This document shows positions 31,918-40,750 of a DNA stretch of 64,000 nt, piece by piece. The notes beneath the pieces are model-generated. The model did no database searches, had not been told where the DNA came from, and saw only the letters and a list, made by a program, of their open reading frames with translations. A program made the translations under genes and the position numbers. How positions within the stretch are numbered: position 1 is the first letter of the stretch; each line of letters opens with the position of its first letter. Origin of the DNA: Limnothrix sp. BL-A-16 (lineage in GTDB: Bacteria > Cyanobacteriota > Cyanobacteriia > CACIAM-69d); assembly GCA_041937175.2 (NCBI GenBank), contig CP166615.1, positions 256,001 through 320,000 on the forward strand, written 5' to 3'.

Positions 31918-33822
31918 TCAAAAAGCTCGCCACCGCACGGAAAAATAGAGGCCATTTTCCTGCCAGGTGTCTTGGTCTGGGTTGTCCACCTCCACCAGGG
32001 GAATGGCATAGTCCAGGCGTGCTGTGAATCGATCGCCCTGTTGCCATCGGAGACCCAACCCGAGACCAACGAGGGTTTGGGGATCGGGATCGGGCCGATC
32101 GCCCCGGTTCCAGCCGGTTCCCACATCCAGAAAGGGCACAATTTGCATCACCCCTTTAATTTTGGGCGCGCGAAACAGGGGCAGGCGCAATTCAGCCGAT
32201 CCAAACAGCCCGCCATCGGTCAGCAGCAAGTCTTGGCGATAGCCCCGAACGCTTTCCAATCCCCCTAGGCCAAACTGCTCCACGGGCAGGAGCGGGCGAT
32301 CGGCCCATTGGGCCTCACCCCGCACCAACAGCAGCGTATCGGGTGCAAATTGGCGCACCCATTGGGCTTGGCCACGCCAGGCCAAGAATTGACTATCGGG
32401 CGACTCGCGATTGATGGTGGAGTCAAGGGCATCCAGTCCCAAACTCAGTTGCGATCGCAAGGCCAAAACGTAGCTTTCGCTGCGACTGGTCCACTCGTGA
32501 AACCACCGCAGGGCAGTGACGCTGGTTTGTCCCTGGTCATCGGCTCCCGGGGAAAGGGGAAAGTCAATGCCGAGCAGGCTGGTTTGGCTGTCCAGGTGCG
32601 AGAGGGTCAAGCCCGTGACCACTTCATAGTTGGGCTGCTGCACCAGGGGGCGGCGATAGGTCAGTTCGTATTGGTAGGAGTCGGCTTGGATGTCGAGGGG
32701 GCCGAAGGGATCTTCAACAATGCTGCTGCCGGCCCATTGGAAGCGGGCCCCGATCGTGCTGTTGCGACTGTCGATCGGGATGGTGTAACTGGCTTCGATC
32801 GAGTCGCTGCCGTCGGTGTTGGTGTAGCTGAGGCTAATGCCATCGCCTAGCCCCAGTAAGTTGGCTTGGGTGATGGTGGCACGTCGCCGGACTGTGCCCA
32901 CGCTGGGCGATCGCCCATTATCCACCGATAGATCGCCATGGAGGCTGTCGGCTTCCGTGAGGGTGACCCGCAGCAGGTTCGTGCCCGGCTCGGTTCCCGC
33001 CGAAAGCTCTGCGGAAACGGTTTCAATGAGCGGATCGACCTGCAACAGTTGCAGAGCGGTCAGCAGGCGATCGACCTGGAGCGGCGGTTGGGTGGCCCGC
33101 TCAATGCGCCGTTGCACGTAGCTGGGGCGCAGTCGCCGTAACCCCTGCACCTCGATCGCCTCTAGCCGACCTTCCAGCACCCGAATTTCTACAATGCCCT
33201 GGATCGGATCAATTTCCTGGGGCGGCAAAAAGGCTCCAGAGGTCTTGTAACCTTTGCTGACATATTGCTGCGTCACCGCCGATCGCGCTTCCAGCAACTC
33301 CGCAAAGGTGAGGGGGCGATTGGTGTAGGGCTGAAGCAGGGTCGCAAATTCACTATCTGTGAAAATCGTGCTGCCCGTGACCCGAAAGGCCTTCACGACA
33401 ATTTGACCGGGAATCGGCGGCAGGTCAGAAGGCGAGGCGGGCTGCTCGATCGGGGGCGGCTGCAAAGTGGGCGGGGGCTGGCCTGGCTCCGGAATGGTGA
33501 TCGGATCCGGCAGGCGATCGGGACGGGGCAAAGGGGGAGTTTGGGCGATGGCCGTCACGGCCCCACCGCCCAAACAGCCCAAGCTCGCCAGCGATCCCAG
33601 CAACCACCGCCGATGGAGATCCGCGCAATGCCTGAAAGGAGGCTTCAAGTCACGGTTCTTCTGGTTCAATTTTGACTTCAATAGGAGGGCGCTAAAGACT
33701 AAAGATCTGAAGACTTGGGATCTCAAAGCTAGAGATCTCAAGGCTGAAGATCTAAGCACTGGCAATCTAAGCGCTGGAAATTGCAAAGCTAGATATCGCA
33801 AAGCTAGATATCGCAAGGCCAT
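31918..33822 (-). CDS. ShlB/FhaC/HecB (TpsB/Omp85) outer-membrane transporter
   Basis: POTRA segment (YVSKGYKTSGA), SVRGYRQD motif, C-terminal Phe; true start probably downstream of the 15-bp repeats. Confidence 0.9.
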   Translation of the reverse strand: MALRYLALRYLALQFPALRLPVLRSSALRSLALRSQVFRSLVFSALLLKSKLNQKNRDLKPPFRHCADLHRRWLLGSLASLGCLGGGAVTAIAQTPPLPRPDRLPDPITIPEPGQPPPTLQPPPIEQPASPSDLPPIPGQIVVKAFRVTGSTIFTDSEFATLLQPYTNRPLTFAELLEARSAVTQQYVSKGYKTSGAFLPPQEIDPIQGIVEIRVLEGRLEAIEVQGLRRLRPSYVQRRIERATQPPLQVDRLLTALQLLQVDPLIETVSAELSAGTEPGTNLLRVTLTEADSLHGDLSVDNGRSPSVGTVRRRATITQANLLGLGDGISLSYTNTDGSDSIEASYTIPIDSRNSTIGARFQWAGSSIVEDPFGPLDIQADSYQYELTYRRPLVQQPNYEVVTGLTLSHLDSQTSLLGIDFPLSPGADDQGQTSVTALRWFHEWTSRSESYVLALRSQLSLGLDALDSTINRESPDSQFLAWRGQAQWVRQFAPDTLLLVRGEAQWADRPLLPVEQFGLGGLESVRGYRQDLLLTDGGLFGSAELRLPLFRAPKIKGVMQIVPFLDVGTGWNRGDRPDPDPQTLVGLGLGLRWQQGDRFTARLDYAIPLVEVDNPDQDTWQENGLYFSVRWRAF

Positions 33823-33988
33823 AGGTTAAGAGACTGATCGACCAAACGATCGCACCAACCGTAACAGATCAGTCAATCGGGGTCGAGTCATCTGCAATCC
33901 TTGGCCACAACCCGTTTGTGTTCAAAAGTGGGTAGCGGGGTTGCTCCAAAACCGTCCAGCGCAATCATGCTTGGCAGAAGGTGTCGAT

Positions 33989-34450
33989 CTAGCGCTTGCA
34001 TTGCTCAAAACGGGCGATCGCCAGGGCTGTCAGGTCGGCCAATCCCGGGCCTTGGTGGGTGCTGGCCGCATTGGGTAGGCTGCCGGGCGGAGGCAGGGGC
34101 GCGGGAGCCTCCTGGGCCGCCCACTCCTGGGCTAGGCTCATGGGGGCGGCCATGGTGGCCAGACGAGATTGGGTGCGCAATCCCAACTGACCATCGCTAT
34201 AGTCACTCCAGAGGCGATCGACCTCCAGCAACAAATCACAGTCCGTCTGCATCAGGCTGTCCACCTGAGCGTTAGGAGCCAAAATTTGCCAAGTCAAGGC
34301 ATTGGCCGTTTGCCATTGGCCGCTGGCCAACTGCTCCGCAAGGCGGCTGAGGGTCTCGTTGCGAGGCCGCATGACCACCAAGGCTGCAGCCCCGGCCCAA
34401 AGCAGAATTGCAAGGACCGATAAACGCTTGAAATTCACGGCCGATGTCAT
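33989..34450 (-). CDS. membrane-anchored GUN4-like domain protein
   Basis: TM helix then LASGQWQTANALT...CDLLLEVDRLWSDYSDGQLGLRTQ, resembling the GUN4 core. Confidence 0.65.
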   Translation of the reverse strand: MTSAVNFKRLSVLAILLWAGAAALVVMRPRNETLSRLAEQLASGQWQTANALTWQILAPNAQVDSLMQTDCDLLLEVDRLWSDYSDGQLGLRTQSRLATMAAPMSLAQEWAAQEAPAPLPPPGSLPNAASTHQGPGLADLTALAIARFEQCKR

Positions 34451-34742
34451 GACTGTTCCCGGTTGCCCCTCCATTGCGCCAGGACAATTGGCTGCCTCAG
34501 CGGTTGTTAGTGTAGTGGCCGCTGGACTTGGGTAAGTTGACACGAGTGAACGATGCTGGGGGCTGTTTAACAACATAAGAAGCTCGTCTGCGAGAGAGCC
34601 TTGAGCGATCGCTGCTGCTGAGGCTAAGCAACCAATCCCTTCTGTTTATTCATTCTGAGGAAAAATCAGACTATCCGAATAATCTGGCATTCATTTTTGA
34701 ACCATTTGAATACAGACTTTTCACATTGGAGAAAATTGCTTG

Positions 34743-35831
34743 ATGTCCTTATCATTACCGATTCCTGACTGGTTTGAGGGCGATCGCGTTGGCGAAGTTT
34801 GGCGTGTACCCTATGCCCAACTGGCCACCAAGGCTCAACAATGGGCGAAGGCAAACCAAATTACACCGGCACAGGAGGATTCGCAACGGATTGCCCTGTT
34901 AATGATTGATGTGCAAAATACGTTCTGCATCCCTGACTTTGAGTTATTTGTGGGCGGGCGATCGGGACAAGGTGCAGTCGAAGATAATGTTCGCCTATGT
35001 CAATTTATTTACCGAAATTTGAGCCTACTCACGGAACTCATTCCCACCTTGGATACCCATGGAGTTGCCCAAATTTTCCATCCGATCTTTTGGGTAGATG
35101 CTGAAGGGAACCATCCTGAACCCCTGACCAACATTGATTGGGAAGCAGTCAAAACCGGTCGTTGGCGACCCAACCCCCAATTACAAGCCAATTTCCTGCC
35201 TTCTGCTGACTCCATCAGCCAAAGTGCATTCCCCGATCGCTCGGCACAAACCGAGGGAATGCGTTGCGACTTGGCCGCCTATGCCGCTCATTACACCCAA
35301 ACCCTGGAAGCTTTAGGAAAATATCCGCTGACCATTTGGCCCTACCATTCTTTGCTGGGCGGAATTGGCCATGCGCTGGTTTCGGCCGTTGAAGCTGCCT
35401 GTTTTACCCATGCCATTGCTCGACAAGTCCCAACCCGATTTGAGCTGAAGGGTAGCCATCCCTTAACGGAAAATTATTCCATTCTCAGTCCTGAAATTCT
35501 GAGTGATGAACATCAACAATCGATCGCCCAAAAGAATCAGGCCCTGATTCAGCATCTTTTCAATTTTGATGCGGTGATTATTGCTGGGCAAGCTAAGAGC
35601 CATTGCGTTGCTTGGACAGTGGCTGATTTTTTAAAGGAAATTCAAACCCAAAAACCGGAGTTTGTCGATCGAGTCTATCTACTCGAAGATTGCATGTCGC
35701 CCGTGGTGGTTCCCGGGGTAGTTGATTTCACGGAATTGACCGAGCAAACTTTCCAAAACTTTGCTTTAGCGGGAATGCATTTGGTACGGTCTACGGACTC
35801 GATCGAGCAATGGCCCCTTTTCAATCACTAG
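34743..35831 (+). CDS. isochorismatase/nicotinamidase-like cysteine hydrolase
   Basis: LLMIDVQNTFC, TLDTH, GQAKSHCV, YLLEDCMSPV. Confidence 0.85.
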   Translation: MSLSLPIPDWFEGDRVGEVWRVPYAQLATKAQQWAKANQITPAQEDSQRIALLMIDVQNTFCIPDFELFVGGRSGQGAVEDNVRLCQFIYRNLSLLTELIPTLDTHGVAQIFHPIFWVDAEGNHPEPLTNIDWEAVKTGRWRPNPQLQANFLPSADSISQSAFPDRSAQTEGMRCDLAAYAAHYTQTLEALGKYPLTIWPYHSLLGGIGHALVSAVEAACFTHAIARQVPTRFELKGSHPLTENYSILSPEILSDEHQQSIAQKNQALIQHLFNFDAVIIAGQAKSHCVAWTVADFLKEIQTQKPEFVDRVYLLEDCMSPVVVPGVVDFTELTEQTFQNFALAGMHLVRSTDSIEQWPLFNH

Positions 35832-35983
35832 TCACTCCAGACGAGTCATCCAAGGCGAATCCCCTCAGGCCAATTATCCAATTCTGGAACCAGTGCTGAA
35901 GTCGTTTCAACAGTCATTTCAGCAAAATGGTAAACTCAACATGGCTTCCCGAAAAATAGCTCATTCAACTTCCGCTTCTGCCC

Positions 35984-36502
35984 ATGACTGTTCCCACCTC
36001 TGCCCTGCCGGAATCCTTGGCTAAGTTAGTTCAGCGATTTTCCCGAGTTACCAATCCTAAGCAAGGTTACGAGCAACTTATCTGGTTTTCAAAACGGCTT
36101 CCTGAGCTAGATGAAGCGGATCGTAGCCCTGAGAATAAGGTTCATGGCTGCACTTCTCAGGTGTATGTGGCTTCAGCACTGACCGATGGCAAAGTTTGGT
36201 ATCGGGGGGATTCTGATTCACAACTGGTGAAAGGCTTGGTGGCATTTTTAGTTGAAGGATTGAATGGCTTAACACCGGATGTGATCATTGCTTTGAAGCC
36301 GGATTTCATTCAGCAAACAAAGCTCAATGCTAGCCTGACTCCTTCGCGGGCTAATGGGTTTTTCAATATTTTCAAAAAGATGCAAGATCAGGCGCGATCG
36401 CTTCAGTCAGAGTCCCATGCGGATTTGAGTGCTTTGGGTTCATTGTCCTCCCCACCGAACCTTGAACCTAATCATGAAGCTCCTGAAAAAGTGACTGATT
36501 GA
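35984..36502 (+). CDS. sufE: SufE family sulfur acceptor
   Basis: NKVHGCTSQVY, DSDSQLVKGL, LTPSRANGF. Confidence 0.92.
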   Translation: MTVPTSALPESLAKLVQRFSRVTNPKQGYEQLIWFSKRLPELDEADRSPENKVHGCTSQVYVASALTDGKVWYRGDSDSQLVKGLVAFLVEGLNGLTPDVIIALKPDFIQQTKLNASLTPSRANGFFNIFKKMQDQARSLQSESHADLSALGSLSSPPNLEPNHEAPEKVTD

Positions 36503-36590
36503 GCTGTTAATGAATACTCAATGATCCAAACGTGGTGATGCAAACACGGCAACGCAAACGCAATGAACCAAGTGCGATGAACCAAGTGCG

Positions 36591-37919
36591 ATGACTCAAA
36601 CGGTTGCCTATATTTATCATGACCCCATTTTGGAATCGGTCACAGAGCCGATCGATTGGGAAGTTGATGTGCAAAATCTATATGTGGACTTGGGCGATCG
36701 GCAAGCGTTGGGGCAGCTCATGCAGTTGGTGAAGCAGGGAGTAATTCACACGCTTCTCATTCGACAAATTCGCGACCTAGGCGACTCGATCGAGTCCATT
36801 CTCCACGTTTTGAATCAGTTAGAACATGCTAAGGTGGCGCTGCGGGTGATGCAGGGTGACCTCCCCAAGGGAACCGATTCTAACTGGATTCAACAGTTGC
36901 AATGGCTTCAGGAACTGAATCAAGACCAGCACCGACAGGCCATTCAAAAAGGCCATGCTCGTAATCGGTTAGCAGCCTTGCCGCCGCCGGGGCGCGCTCC
37001 CTTTGGCTATCGACGGGGTAAGGATCGGTATGTCATCGATCGCGCGGCGGCCAGTATCGTGAAAGATTTTTTTGAGAACTTTTTGCTCTACGGTTCCTTG
37101 CGGGGAGCGGTGCGATTTATTAACCAAAAACATCAAAAGAAAATTTCAATTTCGACGGGTCGTAATTGGCTAACCAATCCTGCCTATCGAGGTGATCTAG
37201 CCTATAAAAATGGTGATGTAATTTTGAATACGCATCCCCCGCTGGTGTCTCGCGAAGAAGCGGCCCAGGTCGATCGACTCTTGCGACGTAATCAGACCTT
37301 GGCTCCTAAAACGGCCAGCGCTGCGCGTTCCTTGGCGGGGTTGGTGAGTTGTGCCCAATGCCAAGCAAAATTAGCCGTAACTTCCACTCGATCGCGGGGA
37401 TCCAAAACCCCTAACTATCTTTACTTGCGCCCCAATCCCTGCGGAAAAGGCCAATCAGCTCCCGATCGATGCCCTCTCGCGGACTATGACCAGGTTTTGA
37501 AGAAAACAATTCAGCGCATTTGTCGAGAATTGCCACAACGAGTGAGTCAGGCGCAGTTACCCAATATTGAGCAATTAAAGGCCCAAATTCAACAACAACT
37601 TCAAGCCCAGGAAGCGCGCCTAACCCAGCTCATTCAGCTTAAGGAAAATGGAATTTTGGATGAAAATACATTGCAGATTCGTTCCTATCAAATTCGAGTC
37701 GAAATGGGAACTTTGCAAGATCGACTCTCGCAATTGCCCCCTGCCAGCTTATCGATGATTTCCCGATCGGTTTCAATTCCAGAATTTTGGCAAGATCTAT
37801 CCGAAGCCGAACGGCGTTTTTACTTTCGCGAATTCCTGAAAGGCATCTGGCTAACTTATTCAGCAAAGGGAAAGGGGCAACCAACTTGGCGTGTGCAATC
37901 TTTGGACTTTGTTTTTTAA
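36591..37919 (+). CDS. large serine recombinase-like protein with degenerate catalytic domain
   Basis: PPGRAPFGY, LTNPAYRG, HPPLVS, LAGLVSCAQC Zn ribbon, coiled coil; N-terminus AYIYHDP lacks YxRxS. Confidence 0.85.
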   Translation: MTQTVAYIYHDPILESVTEPIDWEVDVQNLYVDLGDRQALGQLMQLVKQGVIHTLLIRQIRDLGDSIESILHVLNQLEHAKVALRVMQGDLPKGTDSNWIQQLQWLQELNQDQHRQAIQKGHARNRLAALPPPGRAPFGYRRGKDRYVIDRAAASIVKDFFENFLLYGSLRGAVRFINQKHQKKISISTGRNWLTNPAYRGDLAYKNGDVILNTHPPLVSREEAAQVDRLLRRNQTLAPKTASAARSLAGLVSCAQCQAKLAVTSTRSRGSKTPNYLYLRPNPCGKGQSAPDRCPLADYDQVLKKTIQRICRELPQRVSQAQLPNIEQLKAQIQQQLQAQEARLTQLIQLKENGILDENTLQIRSYQIRVEMGTLQDRLSQLPPASLSMISRSVSIPEFWQDLSEAERRFYFREFLKGIWLTYSAKGKGQPTWRVQSLDFVF

Positions 37920-38088
37920 AATCTTTTAAAAGTATTTTAAAAATACTTAAAATCCGAATTGACAATTAAGAAAATTTCTAAAGATCAAATATTGATATTT
38001 TTCTGGTTTCATTGATGAGTGAAAGCCAAGAAATTTAGTCTTTTGTTTCCATGACTGACTTTGAATGAACTCTGTCGATCTGAAATAA

Positions 38089-38170
38089 ATTTTGAATAAT
38101 CTTAGGGTTTTCGGTGACTACTAATTGATAGATTTTGAATAATCTTAGGGTTTTCGGTGGCTACTAATTG
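38089..38170. repeat. 39-bp direct repeat x2 (43-bp period)
   Basis: ATTTTGAATAATCTTAGGGTTTTCGGTG(A/G)CTACTAATTG at 38089 and 38132. Confidence 0.95.
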
Positions 38171-38397
38171 GGTGTTTACGCTGCTATTTAAACTGACCTC
38201 AAAATCAAATCTTAAACAAATTTTGCGTATTTTTACTTTCTCGTAAAATAAATTGCCTGTCTCCACAACTCATAAACCGCTGTCTATAATGTCGCTTGTG
38301 GGGCGGCTTGATCGCAGGTTAAAAGCTGATTGTTTAGGCTTTTGATTAGGCCTAAACTTCGATATTCAATGACAGTACTAGCGCTTTAGGTAGATCT

Positions 38398-39279
38398 ATG
38401 TTTACGTTTTTTCTAATGCTATTGATTGGTGGTGGCGCAGCCTTTGCCGCCTTGAAAAGTGATGATTTACCCGCACCATTACCTATTCGATGGGCCGTAC
38501 GGGGCGGCGGCGGCTTTGTGGCAGTTTTTGTGGCGCTCTATGTCATTAGTCGTTTCGTTGCGAATGTACCGACGGGAAGTGTTGGTGTGCGCGATTCCTT
38601 GGGCAATGTGGAAGAGAGTCCATTGTTGCCCGGGTTGCATTTCAACACTCCTTTTTCGCGAGTGGTGATGTTTTCAACACGCTTAAAAAATATTCAAGAA
38701 GGTATTGAAGCAACATCCCAAGAGGGTTTGATTTTTGATTTGAATGTTAGCTTGCAATATCGGATTGATCCGCGAAAAGTATCCCAAGTTTATCGAACTA
38801 TTGGCACAAGTGAGTCAGAAATTGTTGTGTCTCGATTTCGGGCAATTGTTCGCTCAATTACGGCATTACATCCAGCCGAGTCTATTTATTCAACCAAGCG
38901 GACAATGATTGCTGAAGAAATGCGCCGACAGTTGGCACAACAACTGGAGCCTTTGGGATTTGTGGTGGAAGCGGCTCTGTTGCGAGAAGTGAAACTGCCG
39001 GAAACTGTCCAAGCAGCAATTCAACAAAAATTGAAAATCGAACAAGAAAGCAAGCAAATGGAATTTGTGCTGTCAAAAACCCGTCAAGAGGCTCAACGAA
39101 AACAAATTGAGGCCCAGGCGATCGCCAACTATAATCGAACGGTCGCTCAGGGCTTGACCAATCAAGTCATTCAATTGAAGCAAATTGAAGCCATGCAAAG
39201 TCTAGCGGAATCCAAAAATACAAAGGTAATCATCACCAATGGCAATTCACCGATTTTGGTTTCTCCAGGTGGTAATTAG
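38398..39279 (+). CDS. SPFH/band 7/prohibitin family protein
   Basis: VPTGSVGV, PGLHF, LLREVKLPETVQAAIQQKL, QEAQRKQIEAQAIA. Confidence 0.9.
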   Translation: MFTFFLMLLIGGGAAFAALKSDDLPAPLPIRWAVRGGGGFVAVFVALYVISRFVANVPTGSVGVRDSLGNVEESPLLPGLHFNTPFSRVVMFSTRLKNIQEGIEATSQEGLIFDLNVSLQYRIDPRKVSQVYRTIGTSESEIVVSRFRAIVRSITALHPAESIYSTKRTMIAEEMRRQLAQQLEPLGFVVEAALLREVKLPETVQAAIQQKLKIEQESKQMEFVLSKTRQEAQRKQIEAQAIANYNRTVAQGLTNQVIQLKQIEAMQSLAESKNTKVIITNGNSPILVSPGGN

Positions 39280-39450
39280 TGCAAGGCCAAGAGATCTGTA
39301 ATTGATTGCTGTCGAGTTAGATCGGTTCGATCGAGCAATCTATTGAATTGAGTCATGACTTGCGCTAAATCAATTTGCTGAGAGGCTGTGACCCGAAATT
39401 ACCTATAATCTTGAGACTCTATTGATTAAGCATCTGAATTGGCGACACAA

Positions 39451-40620
39451 ATGTCGGAACCCACCATGGCAGCGGATGAGCGCCACCTCGATCGCCCATT
39501 GAATTCAGCTTCAGAAGGTGCGAATTTTACGCCTAAGCTGATTGTGATTGTGGGGCCAACAGCTTCGGGCAAGTCTGCCTTAGCGATCGAGCTAGCACGG
39601 TCTCTGAATTCCGTCATTTTGGGAGCAGATTCTCGTCAGATTTATCGCAATTTTGATATTGGAACTGCCAAGCCGTCATTGAGCGATCGCGCGGTGGTTG
39701 CCCACGAGTTAATTGACATTTGTGATCCGGTTGAGGTCTTCACAGTTGCTGAGTTTCAGTCCCAAGCAAATCAACTGATTAATCATTATCATCAACGTCA
39801 AATAATTCCTCTTTTGGTTGGAGGAACCGGACTTTATATTAAGTCTGTGGTTCGAGGGCTGCGTATTCCCCAAGTGCCGCCCCAGCCAACCTTGCGATCG
39901 CAATTGGAGCAACTGACTCGCCTCGATCGCCGCCAACTTTTGTTGGCTGTTGATCCTGTGTCTGCCCAGCAAATTCATGAGCGTGATGATGTGCGAACCA
40001 TCCGGGCACTGGAGGTTTTTTATGCCACAGGTCAGCCTATTTCTAGCCTGCAAGGGGAAGCTCCCCCCGCTTATCCAATTTTGCAGATTGGCCTAGACTG
40101 CCTCGGTGCTAAGAGTTTGAATGGACTGATTTCTAGCTTGCGATCAACTACCAATTCAAACGATTCAAAGATGTCGATCGAGCAACTCGATCGTTCCCAA
40201 ATCCATTCTCAAAATTCTTCGCGCAAGCGACCTAAAAATCATAAAAAAGAAAAGTCAGCCCCAGATGAAAATGATCGGCTATGGCAGCGAATTCAACAAC
40301 GCACTCACTCGATGTTTGAGCAAGGGTTTGTAGATGAAGTTCATCAGTTAGTGAAACTTTATGGTCAAGATTTGCCCCTATTTCAAACCCTGGGCTATCG
40401 CGAAGTCTTGCAAGCAATGAATGGCGGAATAACTTGGATAGAAGCAGAACAGTTAACCGCTGTTCATACTCGCCAATTTGCAAAACGGCAGCGCACTTGG
40501 TTTCGAGCAGACCCTAATATTTATTGGTTGGATGCAGATCACCCAAGGCTCTTGGAAATGGCTATGGAGTTGGTGCAAAACTTCTTGAGTGACAGTAAAA
40601 AAATCGATCAAAATTCTTGA
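39451..40620 (+). CDS. miaA: tRNA dimethylallyltransferase, with internal insertion
   Basis: GPTASGKS, ADSRQIYRNFDIGTAKP, VGGTGLY, TRQFAKRQRTWF. Confidence 0.96.
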   Translation: MSEPTMAADERHLDRPLNSASEGANFTPKLIVIVGPTASGKSALAIELARSLNSVILGADSRQIYRNFDIGTAKPSLSDRAVVAHELIDICDPVEVFTVAEFQSQANQLINHYHQRQIIPLLVGGTGLYIKSVVRGLRIPQVPPQPTLRSQLEQLTRLDRRQLLLAVDPVSAQQIHERDDVRTIRALEVFYATGQPISSLQGEAPPAYPILQIGLDCLGAKSLNGLISSLRSTTNSNDSKMSIEQLDRSQIHSQNSSRKRPKNHKKEKSAPDENDRLWQRIQQRTHSMFEQGFVDEVHQLVKLYGQDLPLFQTLGYREVLQAMNGGITWIEAEQLTAVHTRQFAKRQRTWFRADPNIYWLDADHPRLLEMAMELVQNFLSDSKKIDQNS

Positions 40621-40750
40621 TTGAGTTGATGCAAAAACGTAAATCAAAAAAATGACAAACGCTAATCAAATTAACCAAAAGTCAACTAAAGACTAATCAA
40701 AATTCAATTAGAAATCATAATCAATAACTAGTCAAATTTCTGAATCTTCC

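Noticed and set aside
36591..40620. Integrative element or prophage anchored on the recombinase-like gene
   Set aside because: Neighbours are housekeeping genes, no att-like flanking repeats or cargo were seen, and the catalytic motif is missing.
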